Shown here: positions 1 through 9,129 of the stretch, piece by piece | Position numbering within the stretch: the stretch's first letter is position 1 | Layout of the letters: every line of letters begins with the position of its first letter | Made by a program: the position numbers and the translations under genes | Notes under the pieces: generated by a model | Told to the model about the DNA's origin: nothing | The model's input: the letters and a program-made list of their open reading frames with translations, nothing else | Databases searched by the model: none | NCBI GenBank assembly: GCA_963828195.1 | Contig: CAWHDT010000007.1 | Span: forward strand, 96,001-160,000 | Direction of reading: 5' to 3' | DNA length: 64,000 nucleotides | Source: Candidatus Bathyarchaeota archaeon | Lineage (GTDB): Archaea; Thermoproteota; Bathyarchaeia; Bathyarchaeales; Bathycorpusculaceae

Positions 1-2438
1 GGCATTGCTTGAACTGCATTGGTTACCAAATTGTACAAAATTCGGTTTACATAAGTTGGGTCAGCCACAATTTTCTGAGCTGTATTTGCCACGTTAACAG
101 TTACCTTAACGTTGTCTGGCAACCTGTTTTTTTTCAACAATTCTTCAATTATGAGTTTTAGGTCGGATTCTTCAAAGCTTGGTTTAAGAGGTCTGGCGAA
201 GTCTTGGAGGTCAGCCACAATCTTGTTAATGTAATCGGTGTTCTTTTCTATTTCCTGCAGACTTTCCAGCACATTTTTTTTCTCATCACCATCAGGAATC
301 GATTCCAATTCTGTTTTAGCCAGGTAAACGTCGCTGGTGATAGCCTGCAAGGGGTTACGAATATCATGCCCGACCATGCCGGCAGTGGCGCCAATGGCTG
401 CTAGACGCTCGGCATCCTTCAACTGCGCTAATCTCTTATTGGCAAGTTCCTCCATTTGAGTAGCGTATTCTTCAACGCGAACTGCAGATTCTTCAAGCTT
501 ACTTTGCATCTCTATCCGATCAGTAATATCCACGTTAGACTCCAACATCTCCACTACATTACCGTCTAAACCAAATTTAGCCAACCAATAACTCTGCACA
601 ACCAACTTATCCCCACTTTTGCAAGTGTGAACAACTTCACCTGACCATTTTCCATCAAGTTTAAGCTTGTTTAGAATCTCGTCAAGCGGTTGTGGAAATT
701 TCGTCTTTAACAAGCTGTTGATGTCTTGTCCGACTGCTTCTTCCTTCGTCAAACCGTACAGTTTCTCCGCGCCTTTGCTCCACAAGGTAATGGTGCCGTC
801 AAGCTTTCTGACAATAATAGCGTCTGGACTGAGATCAATTAGCTCAGCTTGCCTTGCTGTAGCTTCCTCTACCTTCTTACGCTCTGTTACATCTTCTAAG
901 ACATTGACTGCTGATGTGATCGCGCCATTGTCACCTAAGAGTGGCGCTGCAGATACAAGTAACTGCAATTGTCGTCCGTCAGCCCGTTCAATCATTACCT
1001 CTTGGCCATGAACCACCTGCCCTCTTAGGGCTATGCTAGCTGGAACATCCTCTGCCTTATATGGCGTCCCGTCGGTTCTTTTCGGTTTTATCTTAGCCAT
1101 ATTAGCAGCCAAATCAAGCCCCAAACTATCAAAGCCATAAATCTCCGCCGCTCGCTTGTTAACAAATGAAATCCTGCCGTCTGCTTCAACGATAACAACT
1201 CCAGTGGGAGTAGTCTCTAAAATAGTCTCCAAACGCTTCGCGCCAAGCTCAGCTTGTTTGTTGGCTTCTTTTAGGGCTTCCTCACCTTTTTTGCGCTCAG
1301 TTATATCTCTAAATATGAGGACGACACCTGTGGTTTTGCCCTCTTTGTCTTTTATTGGGGCTCCGCTGTCATCGATTGTGACTTCTGTTTTATTCTTCCG
1401 AATCAAAACGGTGTGATTAGCTAACCCAACAATCGTGCCTTTCTCCAGAACCCTGCTAACTGGATCTTCAACATCGACGCGTGTCTGTTCATTAACGATA
1501 TTGAAAACCTGCTTCACAGGCTTAAACGTAGACTCGCCCAATGTCCAACCGGTCAGTTGTTCAGCAACGCCATTCATGAACATGATTTGCCCAGAAAGAT
1601 CCGTGGCAATAACAGCGTCGCCGATGCTTGCCAGGGTAGTTGCCCACCGCTGCTCACTTGCCCGCAGAGAAGCCTGTGCTTTTTCCAAGTCTGCTTTAGA
1701 CGCGGTTACGGTTTTCAGGTTAGCTGACATTGCGTTGAAGGAGCGAGATAAATCTCCAAGTTCATCTTTTTTGTCTTCTGGAAGCTTAAAGTCCAAGTTG
1801 CCTGAACCTATTATAGCTGAACCCGCTTGAAGCTCTGATATCGATTTAATGGTACGCCGAAAAGTCTGAAGGTATATGACGGCAAGAAGAGCGCTGAATG
1901 CAGCTATCATGACAAATATTAAAGTCGAATTTATCGTGTTTAGTTGGTTTACCTGTGCAGAAAGCAGCGTTGACAATTGCGTAGCGTCTGATATTACAGC
2001 TTGGCTTTGAATTGATATGCGGCTCCATGAGACCTGGAGTGTAGATAATTCTTCATTTGCGTTTGAGGTTTGATTCGAAGAGACTCCGATGGACGCTGTG
2101 ATGCTATTAAACACTACTTGCATATTTTGCTGACTTACTTCCATGTCATGCAGTAGTGCTTGCTGCTCTGGCGTATGCACGCTTAAGTTGCCAAGGTCGT
2201 TGGAGAGCAGTGAATAGCTTGCTTGCCACTGGATAAGCTGCGTATTTGAAGGGTAAAAAACATAATCGCTTGAAAGGTAGGTCAATTCATTGGAAGTTTG
2301 TACAATGTTGTTGGCGAGGTTTTCCTGCCTTCGAGTCGCACTAGCCTGCTGAGAGGTAATCACTATCGATGACCCAATAACAACTAGTGCCAAGCTAAAG
2401 ACGATGAGAATAATTCTGAATTGATTTGTAATTCGCAT
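1..2438 (-). CDS. Membrane sensor histidine kinase (TM-sensor-TM-HAMP-PAS repeats-HisKA-HATPase), runs off the left edge
   Basis: Absent from the ORF track because it is truncated. Manual translation from ATG 2438: MRITNQFRIILIVFSLALVVIG..., HAMP (GSGNLDFKLPEDKKDELGDLSRSFNAM), PAS (SIGDAVIATDLSGQIMFMN), H-box RLAAIGATAGMVGHDIRNPLQAI, N-box ILYNLVTNAVQAM. Confidence 0.92.
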   Translation of the reverse strand, partial: MRITNQFRIILIVFSLALVVIGSSIVITSQQASATRRQENLANNIVQTSNELTYLSSDYVFYPSNTQLIQWQASYSLLSNDLGNLSVHTPEQQALLHDMEVSQQNMQVVFNSITASIGVSSNQTSNANEELSTLQVSWSRISIQSQAVISDATQLSTLLSAQVNQLNTINSTLIFVMIAAFSALLAVIYLQTFRRTIKSISELQAGSAIIGSGNLDFKLPEDKKDELGDLSRSFNAMSANLKTVTASKADLEKAQASLRASEQRWATTLASIGDAVIATDLSGQIMFMNGVAEQLTGWTLGESTFKPVKQVFNIVNEQTRVDVEDPVSRVLEKGTIVGLANHTVLIRKNKTEVTIDDSGAPIKDKEGKTTGVVLIFRDITERKKGEEALKEANKQAELGAKRLETILETTPTGVVIVEADGRISFVNKRAAEIYGFDSLGLDLAANMAKIKPKRTDGTPYKAEDVPASIALRGQVVHGQEVMIERADGRQLQLLVSAAPLLGDNGAITSAVNVLEDVTERKKVEEATARQAELIDLSPDAIIVRKLDGTITLWSKGAEKLYGLTKEEAVGQDINSLLKTKFPQPLDEILNKLKLDGKWSGEVVHTCKSGDKLVVQSYWLAKFGLDGNVVEMLESNVDITDRIEMQSKLEESAVRVEEYATQMEELANKRLAQLKDAERLAAIGATAGMVGHDIRNPLQAITSDVYLAKTELESIPDGDEKKNVLESLQEIEKNTDYINKIVADLQDFARPLKPSFEESDLKLIIEELLKKNRLPDNVKVTVNVANTAQKIVADPTYVNRILYNLVTNAVQAM

Positions 2439-2449
2439 GGCACTATAAC

Positions 2450-3469
2450 CTACTTAATGATTGTCACTGATTGGGGATCTACAGCCTCGAGACCGCTAGT
2501 GTAGATGTAGTTTGTGAAGTTAGGAACTTGCGTTTGATTCGTAAGCTGATTGCTTATTATCCATTGCGCCTCCTCCTGCATAGCTGTAACAAGTGATTGA
2601 TCCAGCGAGAGCGAAAAAGAATTATCTTGCCAATCTTGCGCTGTATAAGCGCTTGTGTAATTTGACTCGGTTTGGAAAATAGTTTTAGCTTGCTCAGGGT
2701 TACTAATTGTGTATTCTTCGGCTTGTTTTAGGGATTTTAAGAGCCTGTTTATTGTGTCAGAATGGGTTAATATCCAACTATTTGTACTCGACAAGAGCCA
2801 GAAGGCGGGCTGTCCACTTTGCACGGGTAAACTGAAAAAATTGCTGCCAAACAACTGCTGAGCCTGGCTGAAATAGGTATCCTGAGCGAGGCATGCATCA
2901 ACTGTACCATTTGCTAAAGCATTAATATACTGCGATGGAAGGAGATTCACTTCGGTAATATTCTGCACACTTAAGCCATTTAAGCTAAGATATTGACCTA
3001 AATAAAATTCCTCTATCGTTCCCAAACTAAGACCAATTCGTTTTCCAACAAGGTAAGAGGCATTTACAGCTTCAGCAGTATTTGTCTTACCAATAATGTA
3101 AACATTCTGAAATGCATCGATATTTGCAATCACGCTTATGTTACTTCCGTCAAAAGCTTGAGATACCATTGCATATTCAGTCGATACAGCAACATCAACT
3201 TCGTTGTTTAATAATCCAGTTACCGCTGATGCTCCAGTTGCATATGATTGAATAGTAACATTAAGACCATTCGCAGAGAAGAATCCTTCTTTTTGGGCGA
3301 CATAAATTAGTTCCGACTGGCCTATAGATTCCTGCCCGATTGTTAAGGTCTCAAGTTTTGGGGTTGAATTGTTATGTAAATACAGAAATGAAGCCGAAAC
3401 AATCAAAATTACAAGAATAATGGCCGCTGTTACAATCGCAATATTTCTCTTGTTCATTTTAGCTTTCAT
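2450..3469 (-). CDS. ABC-type substrate-binding protein, NrtA/SsuA/CpmA-like (copy 1)
   Basis: N-terminal TM anchor; IYVAQKEGFFSANGLNVTI and LVGKRIGLSLGTIEEFYL motifs. Confidence 0.85.
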   Translation of the reverse strand: MKAKMNKRNIAIVTAAIILVILIVSASFLYLHNNSTPKLETLTIGQESIGQSELIYVAQKEGFFSANGLNVTIQSYATGASAVTGLLNNEVDVAVSTEYAMVSQAFDGSNISVIANIDAFQNVYIIGKTNTAEAVNASYLVGKRIGLSLGTIEEFYLGQYLSLNGLSVQNITEVNLLPSQYINALANGTVDACLAQDTYFSQAQQLFGSNFFSLPVQSGQPAFWLLSSTNSWILTHSDTINRLLKSLKQAEEYTISNPEQAKTIFQTESNYTSAYTAQDWQDNSFSLSLDQSLVTAMQEEAQWIISNQLTNQTQVPNFTNYIYTSGLEAVDPQSVTIIK

Positions 3470-3645
3470 TTTTTTAACCTCAATGAATAATCGTTACTGA
3501 TTGAGGATCCACAGCCTCAAGAACGCTCGTGTATATGTAGTTTGTGAAGTTGGGAACTTGCGTTTGGTTTGTAAGTTGATTGCTTATTATCCATTGCGCC
3601 TCCTCCTGCATAGCTGTAACAAGCGATTGGTCAAGGGAAAGCGCG
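2453..3645. repeat. Near-identical 3' ends of SBP copies 1 and 2 (about 2453-2615 and 3483-3645)
   Basis: 47-bp exact match at 2547-2593 and 3577-3623; 51 of the last 53 aa are identical. Confidence 0.9.
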
Positions 3646-4511
3646 AAGTTGTGCAGAGGCCACACACTGTCAAGATAGGAACTAGTGTAATTTAACTGAT
3701 TTTGCACGATGGCTTTTGCATGTTCAGGATTATTTAAGATGTAATTCTCTGCTTCATTGAGGGCTTTCAGGAAGCGCTGAACCGTACCAGCATTCTGACT
3801 TAACCATCCATTGTTGCAAATCAGAATGCCAAATGCTTCCTGACCGCTTTGAACTTGCCAAGTCAAAATTCCGCTTACTTGGTTTTGTATCTGGTTTATG
3901 TAAGGTTGCCAACCTACCAACGCGTCAACTGTTCCATTGGCAATGGCACTAACGTATTCCGCGGGTTGAATGTTGACCAAGTTCACGTCATTAATGCTCA
4001 TTCCGTTTAGTTGAAGAAAACGCCCAAGATAAAACTCGGCAATTGTTCCCAGATCTACACCGATTGTTTTGCCCTGTAGATCGGAGATATTTTCGATTCC
4101 GCGACTTTGCAAGGCGACGAGATAGTCATTTTGAAACTGGTCATTGCACGCGATTATAGAGACTGAATTGTTTTCGAATACTGCATTAACGAACGGGTAT
4201 TCTGCAGATTCTGCGATGTTTGCTTCGCCGTTCAACAATGCGTTTATGGCAATTGTTCCTGAACCATAATTATTTATTGATACAGTTAAGCCATTGCTGC
4301 CGAAGAAGCCTTGATTGGCTGCAACATACAACAGTGCATTTTGTTCAAGAGGAGGAACCGCCATGGTTATGGCTTCGGTCTCTCCTGTGTAGCCTCGTTG
4401 ATAGTTCAAGTAAAGAAAGATTCCTGAGATCAATGAAACTGCAAGTACAATCACAATCGCCACAGCAACGATTTTTTTGTTAATTTTCAGATTTATTTTG
4501 TTCCTCCTCAA
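3480..4511 (-). CDS. ABC-type substrate-binding protein, NrtA/SsuA/CpmA-like (copy 2)
   Basis: TM anchor; LYVAANQGFFGSNGL, IENISDLQGKTIGV, GTVDALVGWQPY. Confidence 0.87.
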   Translation of the reverse strand: MRRNKINLKINKKIVAVAIVIVLAVSLISGIFLYLNYQRGYTGETEAITMAVPPLEQNALLYVAANQGFFGSNGLTVSINNYGSGTIAINALLNGEANIAESAEYPFVNAVFENNSVSIIACNDQFQNDYLVALQSRGIENISDLQGKTIGVDLGTIAEFYLGRFLQLNGMSINDVNLVNIQPAEYVSAIANGTVDALVGWQPYINQIQNQVSGILTWQVQSGQEAFGILICNNGWLSQNAGTVQRFLKALNEAENYILNNPEHAKAIVQNQLNYTSSYLDSVWPLHNFALSLDQSLVTAMQEEAQWIISNQLTNQTQVPNFTNYIYTSVLEAVDPQSVTIIH

Positions 4512-5524
4512 TGAATAATGGTTACTGAGTCTGGGCTAACTTGGGTTAAGCCGTTGAAGTAAATGTAATTTAGGAAGTTAGGCTCTGATGTTGCAGTAGT
4601 CAAATTATTGTTTATTAGCCATTGGGCTTCGCTTTGCATCAGAAGAATGAGTGGTTGGTCGAGGGTGATTGTAAACTGATATCCGCCCCAAATAGATGCA
4701 AGGTACGAGCTTGTATCGTTAAGTTGTTTTTCGATTAAAGCCATCGCTTGAGCTTGATGGTTTATGTTAAAGTTTTGAGCTTCTACCAGTGCTTTTAAGA
4801 ATCGCACAATTAAATCTGGATTCGCAGTTGCCCAACTTCTCGTGCAAATCGCCTCGACATAACTAAACTGATTGCTTTGAGCGCTCCACGTTACCGTATC
4901 ATTAGGGAGAAGGCTTTGAGCTTGACTTGTGTACGGCGGAGTCGTTACTACAGCATCTACGGTACCGTTTGCAAGCGCCATTGCTAATTGCTGGTTGGGA
5001 ATATTGATAATTGTTACTTGGTTGAGGCTTATCCCGTTTAGTTCAAGGAATTGACCAAAGTAGAATTGATTAGAAGATCCCAGCAGGAGTCCAACGTTTT
5101 TGCCTACTAAGTCGGAGATACTGTTGATTCCGAGGTCTGTTCTCGCAACCACAACTACGTTTTGGTATGCACAAACACTTCCAATAGCATAAAGACTTGC
5201 ATTTTGCAGAGCTTGCGTGGCAAGGACGAACTCAGGTGACGTGGCGATATCGACCGCACCGCTAAGCGCCGCAGTAGCTGTAACAGCATTGTTAGGGTAA
5301 CTTTCGAGGGTTACGTTAAGACCGTTCGCTGCGAAATAATGCTGGTCAACGGCTACATAAATTAATGTATCATACTCTGAAGGCAAAGTTCCAATGGTGA
5401 TTGATTCAACCTTACCATCGAAGGGCTTTTGAGAATCAAGATAAACAAATGAACTTACAACAATGGTTACAACCAAAATTATAGCTGCTAAGACCACGAA
5501 ACTCCGCTTCTTCAACGTAGCCAT
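4508..5524 (-). CDS. ABC-type substrate-binding protein, NrtA/SsuA/CpmA-like (copy 3)
   Basis: TM anchor; IYVAVDQHYFAANGLNVTL, INSISDLVGKNVG, GTVDAVVTTPPY. Confidence 0.87.
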   Translation of the reverse strand: MATLKKRSFVVLAAIILVVTIVVSSFVYLDSQKPFDGKVESITIGTLPSEYDTLIYVAVDQHYFAANGLNVTLESYPNNAVTATAALSGAVDIATSPEFVLATQALQNASLYAIGSVCAYQNVVVVARTDLGINSISDLVGKNVGLLLGSSNQFYFGQFLELNGISLNQVTIINIPNQQLAMALANGTVDAVVTTPPYTSQAQSLLPNDTVTWSAQSNQFSYVEAICTRSWATANPDLIVRFLKALVEAQNFNINHQAQAMALIEKQLNDTSSYLASIWGGYQFTITLDQPLILLMQSEAQWLINNNLTTATSEPNFLNYIYFNGLTQVSPDSVTIIH

Positions 5525-5828
5525 CTAAAAGTCCTCAACAAGAAATCTGATTACGTACACTTTGTAGTTAACGTATTTATGATTATCTGAATAAAACCAA
5601 AAAGGAAATTTTTCAGATTTTGATTGAACTATTTTTTCTTCCACTCAAGTTGCTGGTTATGCCTTAAACGACCAATTTTATCACTGTAACTCGGCTAATT
5701 TTGGGTTTTCCTTAAATGTGAATTCTGAATTCAGATTTTGAAGTCGTAATTATATTATATATAAAGGGTCAGAATTGGGTAGCAGTACCCCAAATATTGA
5801 CTAAGGAGAAAAAGGAGAAACACCCACA

Positions 5829-6704
5829 ATGGCACTAACAATGGAAAAACAAGAATTGACAAAAGTATACAATAAACAAAATGAATCTTGGAAACTGGTA
5901 AAGAAAGATCAATCCTACAACGAACAGTTAACAACCATTGAAGAGACGCTTTCAAGGTTTGGACTGCTTAAAAACGAAATTAAAGTTTATTTGCATCTTG
6001 CAAGAACGGGCGAAATGAAGGCTGGAGAATTAGCGGAATCAATCTCGCTTCATCGGACCGAAACTTACAGAGTTCTGCGGGATCTGGAAAAGAGGGGCGT
6101 GGTTTTTTCTATTTTCGAGAAACCGCTAAAATTCACGGCTGTCCCATTGGATAAAGCTATTGATTTGCTTGTAGATGCGCAAAAAATAAAAATCAAGCTT
6201 TTAGAACAGGAAAAAACCAGCCTTGTCGAGCTTTGGCAATCGATACCGCAGCCGAAAGTCGCAAGCACGAAAAAAGAGCTTTTCCAGATGCTTGAGGGTG
6301 AACAGCAAGTGCTCATGAAAGCCAACGAGTTGCTGGAAAGAACCGAAAAAACATTTCAAATCTTCGCTTCAGCCGATTACCTCTCTCAGCTCTACTACAG
6401 CGATTTCTCTGACAAACTGAAAAAGCAAGCCGACAAAGTAGACGTTACCTTCGTAACTGATAATTCGCAGAAAAGCGCTTACTTCGTTGGGCAGCTAAAA
6501 TGGTTAAGCGGATCTCACCGAATTGCAGATGGACAAAGCTTGCCATGCTTTATGATTTCTGATAACAAAGAAGTGTTGATTGCATTCCACGAGGACGCAG
6601 TAAACGACGGGGACACCAAGAAGAAGGATAAAACAGCGGCGATATGGACAAACTACAGTGCCTTCATCACGGTTCTGCAGATGCTGTTCTCCAAACTGGC
6701 TTAG
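5829..6704 (+). CDS. TrmB-family transcriptional regulator
   Basis: LSRFGLLKNEIKVYLHL...AGELAESISLHRTETYRVLRDLEKRGVV...PLKFTAVP, plus a PLD-like C-terminal part (FMISDNKEVLI, AAIWTN). Confidence 0.9.
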   Translation: MALTMEKQELTKVYNKQNESWKLVKKDQSYNEQLTTIEETLSRFGLLKNEIKVYLHLARTGEMKAGELAESISLHRTETYRVLRDLEKRGVVFSIFEKPLKFTAVPLDKAIDLLVDAQKIKIKLLEQEKTSLVELWQSIPQPKVASTKKELFQMLEGEQQVLMKANELLERTEKTFQIFASADYLSQLYYSDFSDKLKKQADKVDVTFVTDNSQKSAYFVGQLKWLSGSHRIADGQSLPCFMISDNKEVLIAFHEDAVNDGDTKKKDKTAAIWTNYSAFITVLQMLFSKLA

Positions 6705-6883
6705 ACAAAAAAAAGTCTAAACCAAATTTCCAGCTCTTATTTTTCATATCCGAGTAGGCTCCAATTGAGCGGTTAATGGTAAAAACAAAATTTTAAATTC
6801 GCCGCCTTGACTCCGACGCCACTGGATCTTCATTTGTTACGCAGCACAAAGCTTTCAGTTCTTAATTTAACGTTTACTTGGTA

Positions 6884-7648
6884 TCAGGCGTTATTTGTGC
6901 AGGTTGCATTCGCTTCGACGGATATGCCGCGTTGATCCGTGCAGAGCATAGAGACCGCAAGAGGATTGTTGGACTGATCCGTTTCAGTAATGAACGTTAC
7001 TGTGTAGGTTCCGTTGCCCAAATCGGTTATGCTCGGAGAATCCGCTGGTACCCAAGTGCCAGTTGAGTTCTCAAAGTAAAAAGTGAAGTTTTGCACCAAA
7101 GCAGGTTTGCCCTCGTTAAGTATGTTTGCTGTTAAGTTCACTTGCGTTTCGTTGCCGTTAAGTTGTAAGTAGCCGCTTAAATCGGCTTCAGTAGTTACAT
7201 TCACGTCATACCCCACATTGGAGGACGCTGTAGGAGCTGAAGAGGTAAAGGCAAAACTGACATAAGCACTTGAGACTCCTTGGCCATTGTTGCCCCAAGA
7301 GATCCAAAAGCCGTTTTGGTAGGGGGCTATGTTCAGCGGAGTGTAATTCATTTGGAGCATGGCTTGGTATGAATCGCCAGAGATCGCCGTATTCAATTCG
7401 TTTAGATCCGCAGTTAAAACTCCTGGGTCGCCGCCGTTGGTTACGTTTGCTAATGCGCTAATCAGGGTGTTTACTGTGCTTTGCTGGTAGGCAGGGAAAA
7501 TGTTTTCTTGGCTGGTGTTAGTCGTCGGCACATCTTTTTCGGTTTCAAAAACATAGATGGCGGTGGACAGTAAAAGCGACGCCACAAGCAGAGCTGTGAT
7601 AATAATTACTTGCCCTGAACTGTTGCGTTTAAAGCTGCGGCGTTTCAT
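6884..7648 (-). CDS. Minor pilin-like protein with class III signal peptide
   Basis: MKRRSFKRNSSG/QVIIITALLVASLLL; located in the pilus operon. Confidence 0.7.
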   Translation of the reverse strand: MKRRSFKRNSSGQVIIITALLVASLLLSTAIYVFETEKDVPTTNTSQENIFPAYQQSTVNTLISALANVTNGGDPGVLTADLNELNTAISGDSYQAMLQMNYTPLNIAPYQNGFWISWGNNGQGVSSAYVSFAFTSSAPTASSNVGYDVNVTTEADLSGYLQLNGNETQVNLTANILNEGKPALVQNFTFYFENSTGTWVPADSPSITDLGNGTYTVTFITETDQSNNPLAVSMLCTDQRGISVEANATCTNNA

Positions 7649-8073
7649 GTTAATCCAACCTCCGACAGTTGAAGCCTAAGTATGTAGATTGTGTAGGAGC
7701 TGTTTTGGCTTGCACAAACGTAGTCTACTGAAACGATTTTGTCGCTGACAGAACCTGCGTTGCAAATTGGAAAAGGGTTAAGGGTTTTCATGTTTCCGTC
7801 GAAAACTGTCAAGTTAAACCATACTGTAAGCGGCAGAGCAGATTCCAAGCAGTCTTTAAGTGCAGCCCAATTTTGATTATCCACCAAGATTGCCAAGTGC
7901 CCGTTACTGTCTAAACTTAACAGAACGTTTTGTGCTGTAGAAATAAGGTTCCCTGAAGGATCCTTCACGCTTGAAGATGATGGAATAAGAGACAGGCACG
8001 ACATCAAAAGGATCGTAGCGAAAATCGCTTCTATTACGCGCACTTGCCCTCTTTTGTCTCTTAGAAGCTTCAG
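7645..8073 (-). CDS. Minor pilin-like protein with class III signal peptide (probable CTG start at 8073; track start 8043)
   Basis: In-frame upstream extension KLLRDKRG/QVRVIEAIFATILL gives a complete class III signal with E at +6. Confidence 0.65.
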   Translation of the reverse strand: MKLLRDKRGQVRVIEAIFATILLMSCLSLIPSSSSVKDPSGNLISTAQNVLLSLDSNGHLAILVDNQNWAALKDCLESALPLTVWFNLTVFDGNMKTLNPFPICNAGSVSDKIVSVDYVCASQNSSYTIYILRLQLSEVGLT

Positions 8074-9113
8074 GAAACCACATCTCCAAAACTTATATCC
8101 ACATTATAGAGCACGCCGTTTATCGTGACCATGTAGCTGAAGACGTTTTGTTCTGAATCATCAAAGCTTGAACCTGCTCGCAGTGGAACCTGTGGATAAG
8201 AGCTCCATTCTTGAAAATAAGCGCCGCCGTTGGAGCCGCAGAGAACTATGATGAAGGGGCTTTGGTCAATTAACGCTGGAATTGTGTATTGAGTTGTGTC
8301 TTGGATGGGAGTGAGATTTTGTTGGTAACTGTATGTGAAGACATAGCCGTTTTGGATTGTTAAGTCAGACGAGTTTGTGCTGTAGCTTAGTGTGTAGTTA
8401 AGAGGGGTTAAAGTTAAAACGTCGTTGCTTGGAGCTGACTCCTGGCTTGAACTTTGGAAGTTGTAGATAGCATACGAGGTTACTCTATCATCGAAAGATG
8501 CCCGCGCGAACACAATTAGCATAGCGTTGCCAGCTTCAGCGTTTGGGATTTGCACGTTAACGTAGCCGACTCCGACGCCTGAAGTGACGCCGGTCACGTT
8601 GCTAAGATAGTTGTCTGCCACCACATAGCTGTTCAGGCTTGCGCTTGCTGGCTCAGAATTAATGCTTGTTAAAACCGTGAAGGCAAAAGATACGCTGTCG
8701 CCGTCTGTGCTGTTGCTTGTTTGCTCGATATTTATAGACATTACCTGAGAAACCGTTATGCCTAAAGCTACGTTGTTTAGTTTGGCGGAGGTTTCCATGT
8801 TAAAGTAAGACAGTGAGTAGTTGTTTAGGCTGTTTAGCCTTGTGATTTTGTCTATGTCTAACTCGTAGGGAGCCGTGGAGGAGCCGGATGCTAACCCGAA
8901 GTCGTCGGGAACGCTGCTAGTTCCCCAGTTAACTGGGTCGCCGGGGTTTGTTATGATGTGGTCAGCTATGGCTTGCAGGTAACTGTCTTTGTTGATGTTT
9001 TGGGTGCTGTCTATGCTGGTTTGCATTGTTGAAGTCAGAAAAGCGGTTGCTATCAAAGCTACGGCTACAATGATTGTGCATGCGAAAAAGGTGTCAATGG
9101 ATGTTGATGGCAA
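8070..9113 (-). CDS. Pilus-associated membrane-anchored protein
   Basis: N-terminal TM, TNPGDPVNWG...FGLA motif, S/T/N-rich extracellular domain; located in the operon. Confidence 0.65.
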   Translation of the reverse strand: MPSTSIDTFFACTIIVAVALIATAFLTSTMQTSIDSTQNINKDSYLQAIADHIITNPGDPVNWGTSSVPDDFGLASGSSTAPYELDIDKITRLNSLNNYSLSYFNMETSAKLNNVALGITVSQVMSINIEQTSNSTDGDSVSFAFTVLTSINSEPASASLNSYVVADNYLSNVTGVTSGVGVGYVNVQIPNAEAGNAMLIVFARASFDDRVTSYAIYNFQSSSQESAPSNDVLTLTPLNYTLSYSTNSSDLTIQNGYVFTYSYQQNLTPIQDTTQYTIPALIDQSPFIIVLCGSNGGAYFQEWSSYPQVPLRAGSSFDDSEQNVFSYMVTINGVLYNVDISFGDVVS

Positions 9114-9129
9114 CGTAGTGTTTCTCCTT

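Noticed and set aside
204-2028. Short ORFs listed in the track over the kinase
   Set aside because: Antisense or alternate-frame shadows of the truncated kinase CDS; the same applies to most short ORFs overlapping long genes (e.g. 53373-54029, 59491-60117).
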